A stretch of DNA of 62,938 nucleotides, the filler included, from Olpidium bornovanus S191 (taxonomy: Eukaryota; Fungi; Olpidiomycota), in NCBI GenBank assembly GCA_017911155.1. It is 28 parts of 28 records of this genome, joined end to end, with 100 filler letters (N's around TTAATTAATTAA, not from the genome) between each part and the next. Parts side by side here need not be neighbours in the genome. Positions count along the whole stretch, not along the records: positions 36,045 to 37,592 come from JAEFCI010012520.1; positions 37,693 to 39,180 come from JAEFCI010006418.1; positions 39,281 to 40,995 come from JAEFCI010008872.1; positions 41,096 to 42,545 come from JAEFCI010009165.1; positions 42,646 to 45,441 come from JAEFCI010002282.1; positions 45,542 to 47,061 come from JAEFCI010011671.1; positions 47,162 to 48,807 come from JAEFCI010010837.1; positions 48,908 to 50,244 come from JAEFCI010010044.1; 20 more parts are not named here. One strand, given 5' to 3'. Below the pieces are notes generated by a model. That model saw only the letters and a program-made list of their open reading frames with translations. It made no database searches and had not been told where the DNA came from. The position numbers and the translations under genes are program-made. This document shows, one piece after another, positions 36,045 to 49,031 of the stretch (its first letter is position 1; the number at the start of each line of letters is the position of its first letter).

Positions 36045-37330
36045 CCTCGTTGAGGATACGTAGGCAGTCTATGATCGTTGAATATTCATCGGGAGACGCG
36101 GGATAAAGAGACTGTTGCGACTCGAGACGCGACAGTTTGCTAGGGGGCGCACTCGGGACCAGACCATGCTCGTTCGTCGACCACATCTGCTGTTAGTGTT
36201 ACCTGCGGCGTTATAGATGGTTGGGTCGACGAGTAGGAGCGTGGCGCCCCGAGGCACTAAATGTCGAGATAAAAACAATGCGAGAAGCTCGATTAAACTG
36301 AGACCGAAAAATTCCAAAGTTTCATTTTGAAATTCCAACATAACTGTGTTTATTTTACGGCAGGACATTTGGTATTTAAATACTTGTGTTTTGCTGTCCG
36401 ACCAGAACCTCGTGGACCTCCTTTTCTACATCAAGCGACGAGAGCGAAAGGGTTACGGAGCAGTCGGAGTATTAACTGGCGCCGCAACGGACGCCGAGGT
36501 GTCGCCACCGGGTGGGGCCGAGGAAGATCCGCCAGGAACCGGGGCCGACGAGGAAGACCCGCTGGTAGACGACGAAGTGGCCAGGGATGACGAGGGGTTG
36601 ATGGAGGTTGCGGGGGCGGAAGCCGACGACGTGGAACCCGACGACGAAAGAACGACAGGGCCGGTTGTCCGCGAACGCGTGGAACGAAGCCCGCTGGGGG
36701 CGGTGGCAGAAGCGATCCGGCGGGTTGTTGAGGAGGCGGAGGAAAAACCAGAAGCTAGCGGAAAGATGGCACTTCTGGTTGCAGACGCGGGGGCGTGACT
36801 GGCGCGAGTCTGTGACCGTGTAACGCGGTCCGTAGGAGGGGGGGTGCTCTCGGTACCGCCACCTCCCTCGGGATTATCGTCGTCGTCGTGCGAAACGTCC
36901 CGCCAAACGTCTGAGAAGAGGAAGTTTTGTGAACGGGTTTGACCCTGATCAACCCGGGACATATCAATAGGAGGATCCTCCCGTGCGACAGCGAGCCGGC
37001 GGAGGAAATTTTAGGACTCGGCACTTTGGCGGAGCTCGGGAAACCAGGAATTCCGAGCGCGGGGAGAGATGGCTGCCGGAGCATCATCGGGGAGTTCGGC
37101 GTCTGGTTGTGGCTGAGAAACCAGGCGCATGAGAACGCGGACTTGAATATAACTGTCATCGGCTACGGGGGCGGGACGCGGATCATAGTCGCGATCCTCA
37201 GGGCCACCAGGACCACAGTATTGCGTGTCTGACTGCAAGAACAGGAACTCCAGGTCACGGGGATCCGCGGGCAACCAAAAGGTGGCTGGCCAATTCATGA
37301 CCTGAAGAAACGCCTCGATCATGGAATGAC
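36045..37330 (-). CDS. Unidentified multi-exon gene with a long Ser/Thr/Ala-rich segment
   Basis: Exon-like blocks with AG/GT borders: LRHSMIEAFLQVMNWPATFWLPADPRDLEFLFLQSD; a Ser-rich block at 36453-36890; KRRSTRFWSDSKTQ|QMWSTNEHGLVPSAPPSKL...IIDCLRILNE. Confidence 0.45.
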
Positions 37331-38110
37331 GAAGTCTGCAAAGAATCGAACGCGAGGTTATTTGCCAAAGAAGGGTTGCGTTACGAAGGAAAGATCGGGA
37401 CTAACTGAGGAAGGGCAACGCATGCTTCGGTGCTTCTGTCCTCGTGGACGGTGCAAAACCTCCACGCGTAATGGATAAAACGAATCATGCGTCCGCGTAA
37501 AGTGCATTGACGTTCCGGTGTTGGGCGATCGGCGACGCACGCAGCCGCGGCAGCAAGCAAACTACGGGAATCGCGCAACCGGTGCGCCCAGANNNNNNNN
37601 NNNNNNNNNNNNNNNNNNNNNNNNNNNNNNNNNNNNTTAATTAATTAANNNNNNNNNNNNNNNNNNNNNNNNNNNNNNNNNNNNNNNNNNNNCATGTAGG
37701 GCGTGCGGATATCGTCTGTGTTCCCAGAGACGGCGCAACTTTCCAAAAAGCGACCGGCCTCCCTGGAGGAAGGCGGGCCGGGCCGTCTTTCGGTCTCAGG
37801 ACGAGAAGGGAGGGGAGAGGCGGTCTCTGGCCGAGGGCAAACATTTATCTTATACGCCGCGGGGGACGGGAAAGGCGGCGCATCAGGCCGCGTTATTGCT
37901 TTTTCTCCCTTCCAGAAGAAACAGTAACCTTTCTTCCCCCCCCACTCCAATACACCCTCCCCCAACTCTCTCTCCTTTCTCAAGCCACTCCCCCCAGCCA
38001 CCGCCCACCACCGCCCACGCCCCCGAACAGAAAAAGAAAAAAAAAAAAAAAAAATGGGGAGCGGCTGAACGAAAGAGACCGGCCCCCCGCGCCCGCCACC
38101 CGCGTCACGA

Positions 38111-38146
38111 ACCCATCCCATCCCATCCCATCCCGTCCCGTCCCGT
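38111..38146. repeat. (ATCCC)n/(GTCCC)n pentamer repeat upstream of uL15; G-quadruplex-like on the minus strand
   Basis: acccatcccatcccatcccatcccgtcccgtcccgt. Confidence 0.8.
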
Positions 38147-38489
38147 CTCCGCATCCCCTCCCCCCTGTCCGCCGCTCCCGGCCGTGCGCGGAGAAGAGGA
38201 CGCCCGGGCGGGCCTAAACGCCCGAGGCGTCTGCCGGGCGCTGTTCCGTTGCAACGGGGGATAATGAACGCCCGTCTGACTCGGGGGATGGAGGAGGGGG
38301 CTGAAGCGCCGCGCCCTTTTGCCTCCTGCTGCGGCACGGGCCGCCGCGCGGTCTTGGTTTCCCGGCGGGCGCTGGCCGTATGCTCTGCGCGGCAGCCCCT
38401 CGTGCTCCGCGGGCTTCGGAAAGCGCTGGAGCGAATTTTCGAAAGACGTGCGGCCCTTGCCGGGCGCTGCTGGTGCTGACCCGTTCGCA

Positions 38490-39180
38490 ATGTGTGCGTT
38501 GTGCTGCCCTCCCCCCCTTTTCCACCCCAAGCCGACCCGTCTCCACCACAATAGGAAAAAGCGCGGGCACGTCTCGGCCGGTCACGGTCGTGTCGGTAAG
38601 TGCCCCAACCCCAAGGGCCAGAACGAGCAATCTTCGCGGGCCCTCCGCGGACTTTCGGCTTTGCAGGGCGACTTTGGCCCGCTCCTCGCGTGGTTGCTCA
38701 ACGCCTTCCGTGCTTGTTCTAGGCAAGCACCGCAAGCATCCTGGAGGTCGCGGTCTTGCCGGTGGCATGCACCACCACCGCATCAATATGGACAAGTACC
38801 ACCCCGGTTATTTCGGAAAGGTCGGTATGCGGCACTTCCACATGCTCCGCAACCACTACCACTGCCCGGTCATCAACGTGGACAAGATCTGGACGCTTGT
38901 CGGCAATACCACCCGCGCAAAACGCGACGACGGTCTCGTCCCCATCATTGACACCCAGCGCTTGGTGAGCGTCGTCGTTTTTGATGTGGAACTGGTGGAA
39001 GCTATGATAGCGGCCGCCACAAACCAGCTTCACCGGGAAGAGATTTTGTGGGCGACGAGGCCTTGCTGACGCGACGCTGCGTCGTCTTGCGTCTGTGTAG
39101 GGCTACGGGAAGGTGCTTGGCAAGGGCCGTCTTCCCGACCAACCTGTTATTGTCAAGGCCCGCCTCGTTTCGCGCAAGGC
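38490..39180 (+). CDS. RPL28: 60S ribosomal protein uL15 (yeast L28 / mammalian L27a), 3' partial
   Basis: [22 protein letters not shown]|[39 protein letters not shown]...|[26 protein letters not shown]. Confidence 0.97.
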
Positions 39181-39787
39181 NNNNNNNNNNNNNNNNNNNN
39201 NNNNNNNNNNNNNNNNNNNNNNNNTTAATTAATTAANNNNNNNNNNNNNNNNNNNNNNNNNNNNNNNNNNNNNNNNNNNNATCATGCGCAGAATTTAGTC
39301 GGTGTCAGACCCGGTGTGCCGGTTTGCGTTTACGTCGCGTTTTACCAGACGGAGGGCTACCGCAACCAGGCGCCGTTCGTCTGCTTGCGGGGTAGGCCCA
39401 TTCGGCCAAATTTTGATAGCCCATTTCTTTGTACGCCCGCGCCGGCAGTCCGGTCGTTCTCGGCCGTTCATCCGCTGCTCCTCTCCAGTACTTAATTTAT
39501 GAGGAGAAGCGATTTGACGCCGGGGAAACGATCCAGGGAAAACGGGCCAGCACACCAGGCAGCAAAAACTCCGCGTCATACCGCTTGTTTCGCTTTGTGG
39601 ACCAAGGCGTTTTGTCGGCTAGCAGCGTGCGCGGTAAAAGAGCGTGCGGGGTTCGGCGGGCACGGAGTGCGCGGGAGACTGAGGCATTTCGGCCGGAATA
39701 CCAGCGTGCGTCTGTTTGGAAGTGAACGAGTCTGCAAGGGGCCGGTTGAGCACACTGCAAAAAAAAAAAAAAAAAAGTCCTGACCCC

Positions 39788-40995
39788 TTAGGAAAGGTGT
39801 CCACTTTGAAGCTGAGCGTTCAGTTTTTGCTCCACTATGTCAAGTTCAGACCACCTGGACTGGGCGGCCTTGGCTCCCTTCCGGGAGATGTCCGTGGCGC
39901 TCAGCCTCGACGGAAGGGTCCCGCAGCTGGAGAAGACCCCCTCGGAGGACGTGGACATCAGCAGCCGCGGGCGCGACGACACGCTCGACCTCAGCGAAAG
40001 CGACGAGGTCGAATGCAGACGTGAGGTCGACGAATTGAGCGAGCAGGCGCCTCCGTCCTGCCGGGTCGCGGCCCCGTTGCTCTGCCGGAGGGCCTGTTGC
40101 CGTTTTTGCTGCTGACGCTGGGACATCCGAGCTCGACCAAACAAAATTTTGCCCCCAAGGCGGGTTCCCCCGTTCCCGGGAAGAGCAGGAAAGCCGGGTC
40201 AGCATTTTGCGGGGGGGCAAAAAAAAAACCCGGAGGCGCGCTTCCCCCTCCCCCTCCCTCCCCCCCCCCGCTCCCGTTCTTTCCTCCCCCCTCCCCCCCC
40301 CGACGTCGAAAAAAAAAAACACCTTTTTTCTTGGACGCCAACTTTTCCGTCAACACCATGATCTTCCTGATCTTCGCCTGGCTGGCTGCGGACACGTCTG
40401 GCGGTTCTCTGTTCTCGGTCGGTTCGCTGAAGGAGACGCCTGGGGCCTGCTTCGCGGGCGCTCTCCGGCCGTGGCTCTCGGTTTGCGCATAGCTGCTCTT
40501 ACCGGCGATCCGGTAATCGGCAACCGCAGATCTTCGAAAAGTGGCGTGAGGGAAAGAATTAGTCTGGTTCCGTTCCTGTCCGCTGAGAATTTTTATGCTT
40601 TGTGACGGCGCAGAGCAAGCTGCCGGGCCGATCAGGAAATGCGCCGGTTGCCGTACTTCGACTTTTTGCTAGCCACTATTCTGTACTCCTGAATTGATCT
40701 GAGCTTGTCGGCGATTGCCTTCTCCTGTTGTTTCTTCTGCTCAAGAATTTCCTGCCGCCGCTTCTCTTCCTCCTTCGCAACTGTTTCCTTGACAATCGCT
40801 AACCGCAGTTGCAGCTTGAAGCATCCGAGAAACAGTGTGAGTCACCAGATTCCTTTTTTTTCCGCCTTGAACAATATCGAATTCTTCCCTGCAACGCGGC
40901 TCAAGTTTGGTACCTCAACGATGGACATCTCGGACAATAGGCCGTCGCCGGCAGTTTCGGTCAGGTCCACAGCCTTATTCCGCGGCAGCGGCATG
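39788..40995 (-). CDS. CFAP99: Cilia- and flagella-associated protein 99, C-terminal part
   Basis: KAVDLTETAGDGLLSEMSIVE|LQLRLAIVKETVAKEEEKRRQEILEQK matches the CFAP99 motif FVDLT..G.GLxGEMSIVELRERL...EE.KR..I. Later exons (39788-40490) are less certain. Confidence 0.8.
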
Positions 40996-41095
40996 NNNNN
41001 NNNNNNNNNNNNNNNNNNNNNNNNNNNNNNNNNNNNNNNTTAATTAATTAANNNNNNNNNNNNNNNNNNNNNNNNNNNNNNNNNNNNNNNNNNNN

Positions 41096-41981
41096 CATGT
41101 CTGGCATTTACCGCAAAAGACGGTCAACGCCTGAATTTCCCAAGCAAATCCCAAACGCTGAAGGTTGTGAATCTTACTCGGCGTCAGTTCTTCTATGGCG
41201 CCCTCGCTTCCGGCCGTCTCCACCCGCATCTCGGCAAGGCCGGCGACGGCCAGCTGCCGCGTTGCGTTTTGCTTCTTCCGGACCTTGGCCCATCCCACTG
41301 TTTGAACTTCGATCACGTCGTTTGCACCGCGCTTGCCGGGCATTAACACCGTGTCGAAGTCGCCTGATCCAGAGACTGCGTGGCTTTCTTCGTCGACGTA
41401 TTTTTCCAGGACTGCCGAGACGAAGTCACGGCCGACCAAGACCTTGGGACCGGGGCGAATGAAGGAGCCGCATCCCCGACGGCTAGAGGCGCAGTGCAGC
41501 GTTCCACGGCGCGCGAATTCACGTCGCGAGCGTTCCGATCAGGAAGACAGGAGTGAGGCCCAAGGTGGTTTTTTTTTTTCACCGCGGGCGGGCGCGTCCG
41601 ATTGGGTGGCGCGGTTTGCAGACGGGGTAAGTTGTCGTTCCAGCCGAATTCCCGCGCGCAATGAACCTTTCGCTCTGCTCACCGGCAGGGGAAGTAGGAC
41701 ACCCCGTTGTGCGATCCGTCGTGCTTTCCCCGTGACGGGTCATCCCACTCGACGCCGTACCAGATCCCCGACGTGCCCGGGAGTGGTCCCGTGAAACGCA
41801 CGGTAGCCAGGTCAGACCCAACCTGCACCCTGCGCACCCTCGCGCCCTCGTCCCGCACATCCTCGTCATGCGGGTCGCGCGTGCCGCTGTCGTCCGTTTT
41901 CCTCGTCGTCGCCGCCTTGGTTGCATTATCCGTTTTGGCGTAGATGGTGGCGCGGTGGTCGGGAACGCACCCGGCCGCCAT
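41096..41981 (-). CDS. TBCE: Tubulin-folding cofactor E (CAP-Gly domain), 3' partial
   Basis: [41 protein letters not shown]|..[20 protein letters not shown]...[15 protein letters not shown]. Confidence 0.93.
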
Positions 41982-42492
41982 TGCTCCCGTCGGATATCCA
42001 CGTCGCGGGAGAAGGGCCGCGTCGACGTCTTCCCGTGCGTTCCCGAACCCGCCGCTCGGGGCCAAAGACGGCCGCGTAGCCGCGCGGGCGTGGCGAGCCC
42101 CCACGCCACCGCTCTTGACGCCTACTGAGAGCGCGCGGCGTCAGCCCTTCTTTCTGCCGCCCGGCCTCTCCGACTCCGCAGGACCGTTGCTCACGGGCGC
42201 GCGCCGCCGCTTTCGCCCCTTTGCCCCAGCGGCTTCCCGGAACTTCCTCGCTTGGCGTCTAAGCGCAGATCTGTTTTTCCCGCGAGCGGATCTGCAAAGC
42301 TCACGGGCGCAGAAACAGCCCCCAAAAGGTTGTCGTCCGGGCCGCCTGGAGAGGTCGTGGCGGGTCGGGCGCGCGCGCGCGCGCGCCGGAATGCGGAGTG
42401 TGTGCGTGCGTGTGTGCAGGAGCGGGTGGCGTGGTGAGCGCGCGCGAGTGGCCCGCCCGGCAGGGTCACCCCGGGCCCCGATTAGACGGGAG

Positions 42493-42538
<46 letters not shown>

Positions 42539-42645
42539 CCCACACNNNNNNNNNNNNNNNNNNNNNNNNNNNNNNNNNNNNNNNNNNNNTTAATTAATTA
42601 ANNNNNNNNNNNNNNNNNNNNNNNNNNNNNNNNNNNNNNNNNNNN

Positions 42646-44497
42646 CATGTACTTGAGGTTCGACTTCGTCAAGGTGGTGGCAACGTCGGTACCGTTCGCT
42701 GCAGAACGGAAGGGAGCAGGGACGTGCTCGAGTCAGTCGACGCAACCAAGGCCGCGGTTCACTGCGGCAGATTGTGTAACTTTCGAACAGGCAGTTACGT
42801 TTCATTTTGACCTCCAGGGTTATATCGTATGTCTGGGGCTTGTCATCGCGCAGATACGGGAGCGGGACCGGGTCCTGATGTTGGCGCGAGCGCAGTTAGA
42901 TCTATAGAGAAGCGACTACAGACAGGTAGTGGTCAAAGATTCGTACAGTCTGCGGAGGGGGTGCCACGGAGAAAGGCTCGATCGCGTCGAGAGTCACGAC
43001 CCAAGGAGATATCGTGGTGCCGAAGCTCTACCGGTGCAAGAGAACCAGGGCGGCGGTCAAGCGGGTGCGCGCGTGTATCCCGGGAAAGAAAAGGCATCTA
43101 GGTGGAAGAACAGGCTGGATACCTTGCCAAGAAACGGGCCAAGGGGCACGTATTCTTTCGCGCCAAAACACGTTTGTGTGAGCGACGCTGCGACAGCTCC
43201 ACACCGAGACGCCGAGTCACCCACCCCAAGCCTGGATGTCTCTTGCGCTCCAGTCGTTCATGAGAACGACTCCGAATATATGGTCGTTCGCCTCGGAAAC
43301 TGGAATGGAGTCGCCAAGCTTGTTGCCGGTGCCGACGATGAACGCCTTTCAGAACGTGCGTGTTAAGCCGCGCGGCAAAGGAGGGAAAAAGGCGTTTTTT
43401 AGGACCGGAAAAATTACAACGGAGCGTTCACAGAAAACGCGGGTTCTGACCATCTCCAGCTCATAATCAAGGCGTCCGGAGGCGCCAAAAACCGGCGGTT
43501 CACCCTTCCCGGGCGACTTCTGGCCATGGGGCCGGTGGAGATTCGTCCCGGACACAACCACAGAAGAGGCGCGGCCGTGGTAGCCGACGGGAAGGTGCAG
43601 CCTGGCGAGACGAAATCGGTAAGTCCGCGGGACACCACGTTAAAAGTTCTGCGCACCGGCGCGTCCCGAAAACGCAGAGACGCCGTCACCCGACGAATTT
43701 TGCGGTAGGCGGACCGGTGTAACCGAATCACTTCCAACGGACCAGTTGGGCATCAAGGCGTTTTCTTTGCCGCGGAACATGATCCCGACGTTCGTGGCGT
43801 GTTCCCTGCTGGCGTAGAAGTCCGTGTAGTCGCCGATTTCCACGGGCAGGTGCATCGCGGCCGAAGACATGGGCAGCAGCACCTTGGACCGCAGCGCAGC
43901 GTCGTCTCGGAGGGCCGGCTCGTCGGCGGAAAGCAGGTTCTGGACCCGATTGCGGGCGGCCGTCCAGGCGGGTTTGCCGAGGGCCATGAACGCGTTCAGG
44001 GCGGGCTGTCGCGTCCCAGGAACCGGGGCGGCGGATCAGCGAAGGCGGCGAACGGGTTCGCCGTCCGAGTACGAGAAGTCCGGGGCGGCCCGTCAACGCA
44101 TGAGTCCGGCGCCTCACCTTGGCAAACACGGCGCGCGCGTCCTTCAGCAGCGCCTCCCCGTCGAACGCTCCGGACTCGGCCAGGGCGGCCAGGTCCAGGA
44201 TCTGGTCGCCGATGGCAACGCCGACTCGGGGAGCCCTCTGACGTGTGTGGGGGGGGGGAGAAGTGGGGGAAAGAACCACGCGAGCGAGCGACGCGGCCGT
44301 ATAAAACGGGGGGAGGGAACACGAAGCGTGAAAAAAAAAAAAAAACGGGGAGGGAAAAAAAAAAGGGCAAAGAAGGCTGAAGGGGCGAGGGGGCCGTCAC
44401 CTCTCACCTCGGCGGCGGAGAACACGCCGAAGGGCAGGTTCTGCAGCGGGAAGTGCGAGCGGGCGGGGACGTCGACGAAAGACGGGAGCGCCGCCAT
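42646..44497 (-). CDS. FAH: Fumarylacetoacetase, 3' partial
   Basis: [65 protein letters not shown]|[32 protein letters not shown]|[18 protein letters not shown]|[15 protein letters not shown]. Confidence 0.97.
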
Positions 44498-45744
44498 TGT
44501 TTCGAGCGGGGGCGGGTGGCCGGCCTTGTGGAGTGTGCGTGCGTGTGGCGGGCGCCGCGCCGGGGCGGAGTGGCGTCGTCGGGTTTCCGGAGGGCGCGCC
44601 CGTGCGCGTTTTGCGTGTGTGCGCGCCCGGATTTTGCCGGCGCGCGGGGAACAACAAAGGCACGCCGCAATTGCGACAGATTTCCCAATTGCCCGATTTC
44701 CACGCTCGCCCCCCCCCCCCGCGGGGCCCGCGGGCGATTTATCTGCCGTCCTCAAAATGGGCTCCTTTTTTTTATTTTTTTTTTTTTTTTTTTTTTTTTT
44801 TGACGCTCGGGGCCCCGCGTTCCTCGTCCGAATCCACGCGAATGATCGTTCCCTCCTCCCCGCGGCCAGCATCGGCCGAAAGACACGCCAGACGCACGCG
44901 GCTCAATGCAGTGGTGCATTGTCGTCTGTTGTTCGCCTCGTGTCTCTTTTTCCGAGACGCCCCCCAGGTCGCGCGGCCGGCGACGTGCGCCGAGTCCGCT
45001 GCTTGCAGCAGCCGCTCTGATCCCTCCGGCTCGCCGCTCCCGCACGCTCCTTCACACACGAGGCTTTCTGATGCCCCCCCCCCCCGCTCGCTGTCGTCCG
45101 GGTTGTTGGTGGGTGGAGCTCTTCCCTCCCTCTCTTTCTTTCTTTCTCGCCCCCTATAACCCGCGGGGGGCATTGGGGGAATTGGGGGGGGGGGGTTTCC
45201 GCCACCTCCGGCGCCTCACACACACACACACACACCGCCCCCGCCCTCTTCTCTCTCTGTCCGCTCCCCGCTCCCCGCTGCCCGCCCCCCGCACGCCCCC
45301 GCACGCCCCCCCCCCCCGCGCCCGCGCCCGCGCCCGCGCGCTCTCGCTCTCGCTCTCTCGCGCCGCTTCCCGCCGCTTCCCTCCGCCGAACCCCCCCCCC
45401 CCCCCCCCCCCCCACCCCCCCACCCACCCCCCCCCCCCCCCNNNNNNNNNNNNNNNNNNNNNNNNNNNNNNNNNNNNNNNNNNNNTTAATTAATTAANNN
45501 NNNNNNNNNNNNNNNNNNNNNNNNNNNNNNNNNNNNNNNNNCATGAAGTTGGAGAAGAACTGGGTGGAAGCAGGTGGTCTTTCGAATTTGCCAGGGGTGA
45601 GGACGCGAAACTGGAACCTGTGGGGCGGTAGGTGATATTCAACCACGGCGCACTCGTCGCGCCGTCATTTCCGGGGGAGCCTCTTTCATTGACAGTCCGA
45701 ACTGCGTGCTCGCTGCCTGTAAAATTCCCACGTTAACGGCGTAA

Positions 45745-46348
45745 AAGCAAGGAGTTGGAACTGGACGTACAGAGTTTTGTGCTGTATGTTGAGCTGAAGA
45801 ACAGAGAAGCCGAACTGCAGTCCCTCATAGATCAGATGAGAGTAGGATGGCGATGTTTTTTTGTCCCCTGCGCAAGAGTTCGTGGAATGTGTCGCCCGCC
45901 CGCCGGCTGATGCACGTGGTTGCCAAATTGCGCAGGCCGTTGACAGTGAGTACGGGAGAAAACTCGAGCTGCTGCGCATCGAGTATGACCGCAAGCAATC
46001 CGAGCTTAACGTAAGAATCAGATCCGAACATGTGGGGAACCGCAGTGCTGGTGTGACAGTCTCGGTAGTGTCTTCTCCCCTTGGCATTGAGGTCAAAATC
46101 AGGTCACGCTTTTCTCACAGCCGAGAGCGCCGCTATTGTCTCGTCAATCTTTTTCTTTTTTTTTTTTTTGTCACGGTCCGAATACAGGACAACCGTGCGG
46201 ACACGATGCAGATCGTCGATAAGCAGGAGAACCTGCTGAAGGCGATCAAATCTATGTCGCTAACCAGCTCCAAAACTCAATACGAGCTGGCGGTACTGGA
46301 GGATAAGCTGCGCGACAGCGAAGAGGGTATCAACGGCTTTCTGGCTAA
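45745..46348 (+). CDS. Coiled-coil protein fragment
   Basis: Exons ELELDVQSFVLYVELKNREAELQSLIDQMR|, KLELLRIEYDRKQSELN| and DTMQIVDKQENLLKAIK..KTQYELAVLEDKLRDSEEGINGFLAK|, each ending at a GT donor. Family not recognised. Confidence 0.55.
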
Positions 46349-47727
46349 GGTACGAACGACGACGACGCCGGAAAAACGGGCAACTTTCATGTTTGACGTG
46401 CTTTCTAGCCCCAGCTGATCGTTATCGATCTTCCCACCCCTGCCCTCCCGCTTTCGGCGCATCATTAGATCACGCGCATCGAGGAACAAGTTGCCGTACG
46501 AAGGTGAACACGGTATACCATCAGAAATACCCGATGTGAGATCCGACAACCTGATGTGCGGTTGCGCCCGGACATTGTCGACACAGTAATCACTGCGTTC
46601 TGGAGCAGTAGGGACTTCCGGTGTTGCATAGCTGTTCCTGGCGGCGTTGCGGCGCCCGGCCGAGCCTCTCAAACGGGCAGCCTCCCCGCCCACATGGGAC
46701 ACAGGCGAACGCAAACCTGTCACTTCAGTGCCGGCTTTGGAACCGTCGTGCTCGACAGGGGCACCGGATTCTCCCAAACCCGCTACACCCTCCACCCAAC
46801 CTCGGCTGCGCCGCCGGTGCCCGCGGCCGTGGCACCCGCAGCACGCCAGGCATTGCCCTGGGTGAGTTCGTCGACAGACCCCGTAAATTTGTCGCAGCAG
46901 CCCGTCACCGCAGAGCCCTGACCGCACAACCCAGCCGTGCCATGCTTCACGGATCACCGCCGTGTAACCTTGCATACCGTTCCAGAACGGCTGCGTCTTC
47001 TTTAAGTTTGCGCGCCACCGGTACGCGAAGCCATCTGCATACTCTGGGTCGCCAGGCTTCGNNNNNNNNNNNNNNNNNNNNNNNNNNNNNNNNNNNNNNN
47101 NNNNNTTAATTAATTAANNNNNNNNNNNNNNNNNNNNNNNNNNNNNNNNNNNNNNNNNNNNCATGCAAAGGGAGATTGTAAAATGACAAAAGCGACGTTA
47201 TTATTTTCAATGTGCGAGGTTGCAGAGGACGCGCGAGGACGGGTATAAAAACAAGCAAATCACCTATTGAGAGACAATCAGAATTCAGGGGGATTGGAAG
47301 ATGGCTTGCTACTTTTTCGGGATTTCGGCCATTCCCGATGTATAGGTCTCTCAAGACAAAAGCAGAACCCGAATCGCGACATTTTTGCCGGTGGATACGG
47401 AGCAAAAGACGGAGAAAGTTACGAGATTCTTGGATCCACAGTGCAAGATGAGAGGGCGGGCAATTTGGAACAAGGAGAATAATCGGGCGTTTCACGGGTA
47501 ACACTTCGAATGGAACCGACGGGCTTTAGATTACGAAGGAGCCAATAACCAATCTAATGAGTTTTGTTACCGGAAGACTGTCTATCAGCGCAACAAATTC
47601 GCAGCATCCATTACGCCGATTGCTGGTGTGGGAGACAACTCGGTCTATATTACAGGCAATGACATTTTTCTTGATTAGGGCATTAGCCGTGGTCGGGTAA
47701 TAACGTGTTTCGCTTTATATAGCGATG

Positions 47728-47816
47728 TTAGGGTGTGTCGGGGTGCGTGGGGTGCGGGGTGTGTCGGGGTGCGTGGGGTTTTGGGGGTGTCGGGGTGCGT
47801 GGGGTGCGGGGTGCGT
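47728..47816 (+). repeat. G-rich degenerate tandem repeat (GGGGTGCGT/GGGGTGTC units)
   Basis: About 11 G3-G5 runs in 90 nt, beginning with a single TTAGGG. Confidence 0.85.
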
Positions 47817-48907
47817 AGTGACGGGAAGCTACCGAATTTGAGTGTTACGCGGCGGATCCAAATTGCGACTTTGGCTTACCCTACAAGGGAGACAAACACC
47901 GTCGTTGAAAAATATACTGCACGAGGAAAGATTGAACAAGACGATTATTACAATGATCAGGCATGGCAGAAGCAGCAACAGCGAGATGAGAGAGCCGCCG
48001 CCGCGGCCCGGCCCGCGCGGGAAGGAGGTGTGGTGGCGGCAGTTGGCGGTTGGTGGAGGTCGGTCGGCGTATGCCGGGGGAAGCGGAGGAAAAGGGGGTG
48101 GGGTGGGAGCGCGGCGGGGGCAAAAGCTCACAGGATTTCCGTTGGTTTTGTTGGCTGGTCTCGCCCAACCCCCACGGGACCCCGCCCCGCCCGGCAGTTT
48201 CGTCACTCCTCAATTCGCGCGCACCGCCTCGGCCCGCACGCCCGCCTCACACCCCCACTGTCGTCCCTTCCCTTTCCGTCGGCGCCAACGGGCAACAATT
48301 GCCCTCTCCTCCTGCACCGTTCCAGCCCGAACACAATCCACACATCTCCCCCCCCCCCCTCCCTTTTCCGCACCACCCACACCGTCCCCGTTCCTGCCCT
48401 TTCCCAGTTCAGACACATTGCGGCCGTCGCCAACGAAACAAGCGATCACACCGGCTCTGCGGGTCAGCCGGTCTAAATCACACCGCCGCCGGGAAGGGAA
48501 AAGGGAGGGTTGGGAGGGTGCGAGAGACGCCGCTCGATCCCCCACGTTTTCTGAGTCGATTGGATCCTGTTGTCGAGCAAAAGCGTTCCGCCGCCGTGGG
48601 GTCGAAAGAAAGCAGGTCACACCGCTGCTCCCGCCGGACCACCGGCCCCCCTCGGCGAGGACCTCGGGTTCGGCTTCGTCGCCCAGCGCCATCCGCAAAT
48701 TCCTCGAAGGCCGTGCGGTTTCGCAGCCTGCCTCCCTCGAGCCGATCCCGAATCACTGGCCGTTCTTTTGGCGGTGACGTCGGCCGTCTCGCCTCTCTGC
48801 CGCCATGNNNNNNNNNNNNNNNNNNNNNNNNNNNNNNNNNNNNNNNNNNNNTTAATTAATTAANNNNNNNNNNNNNNNNNNNNNNNNNNNNNNNNNNNNN
48901 NNNNNNN

Positions 48908-48993
48908 AACCTGACGGCCGAAGTCGCCGGAGCCAAGGCCGCTTCCAAGAACCTGATGAGCAAGATAATCAAGTGGGGGGAGAGGGGGACGGG

Positions 48994-49031
<38 letters not shown>

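Noticed and set aside
37230-37290. ADPRDLEFLFLQSD as a BAH-domain (DNMT1-like) motif
   Set aside because: Only a few residues match and the flanking BAH residues are absent.
47165-47504. Pogo/Tc1 DDE-like words (IILLVPNCPPSH, FIP..LQP) on the minus strand and a kinase DFG-like word on the plus strand
   Set aside because: The catalytic Asp is missing, motif spacing is wrong, and neither reading has supporting motifs.
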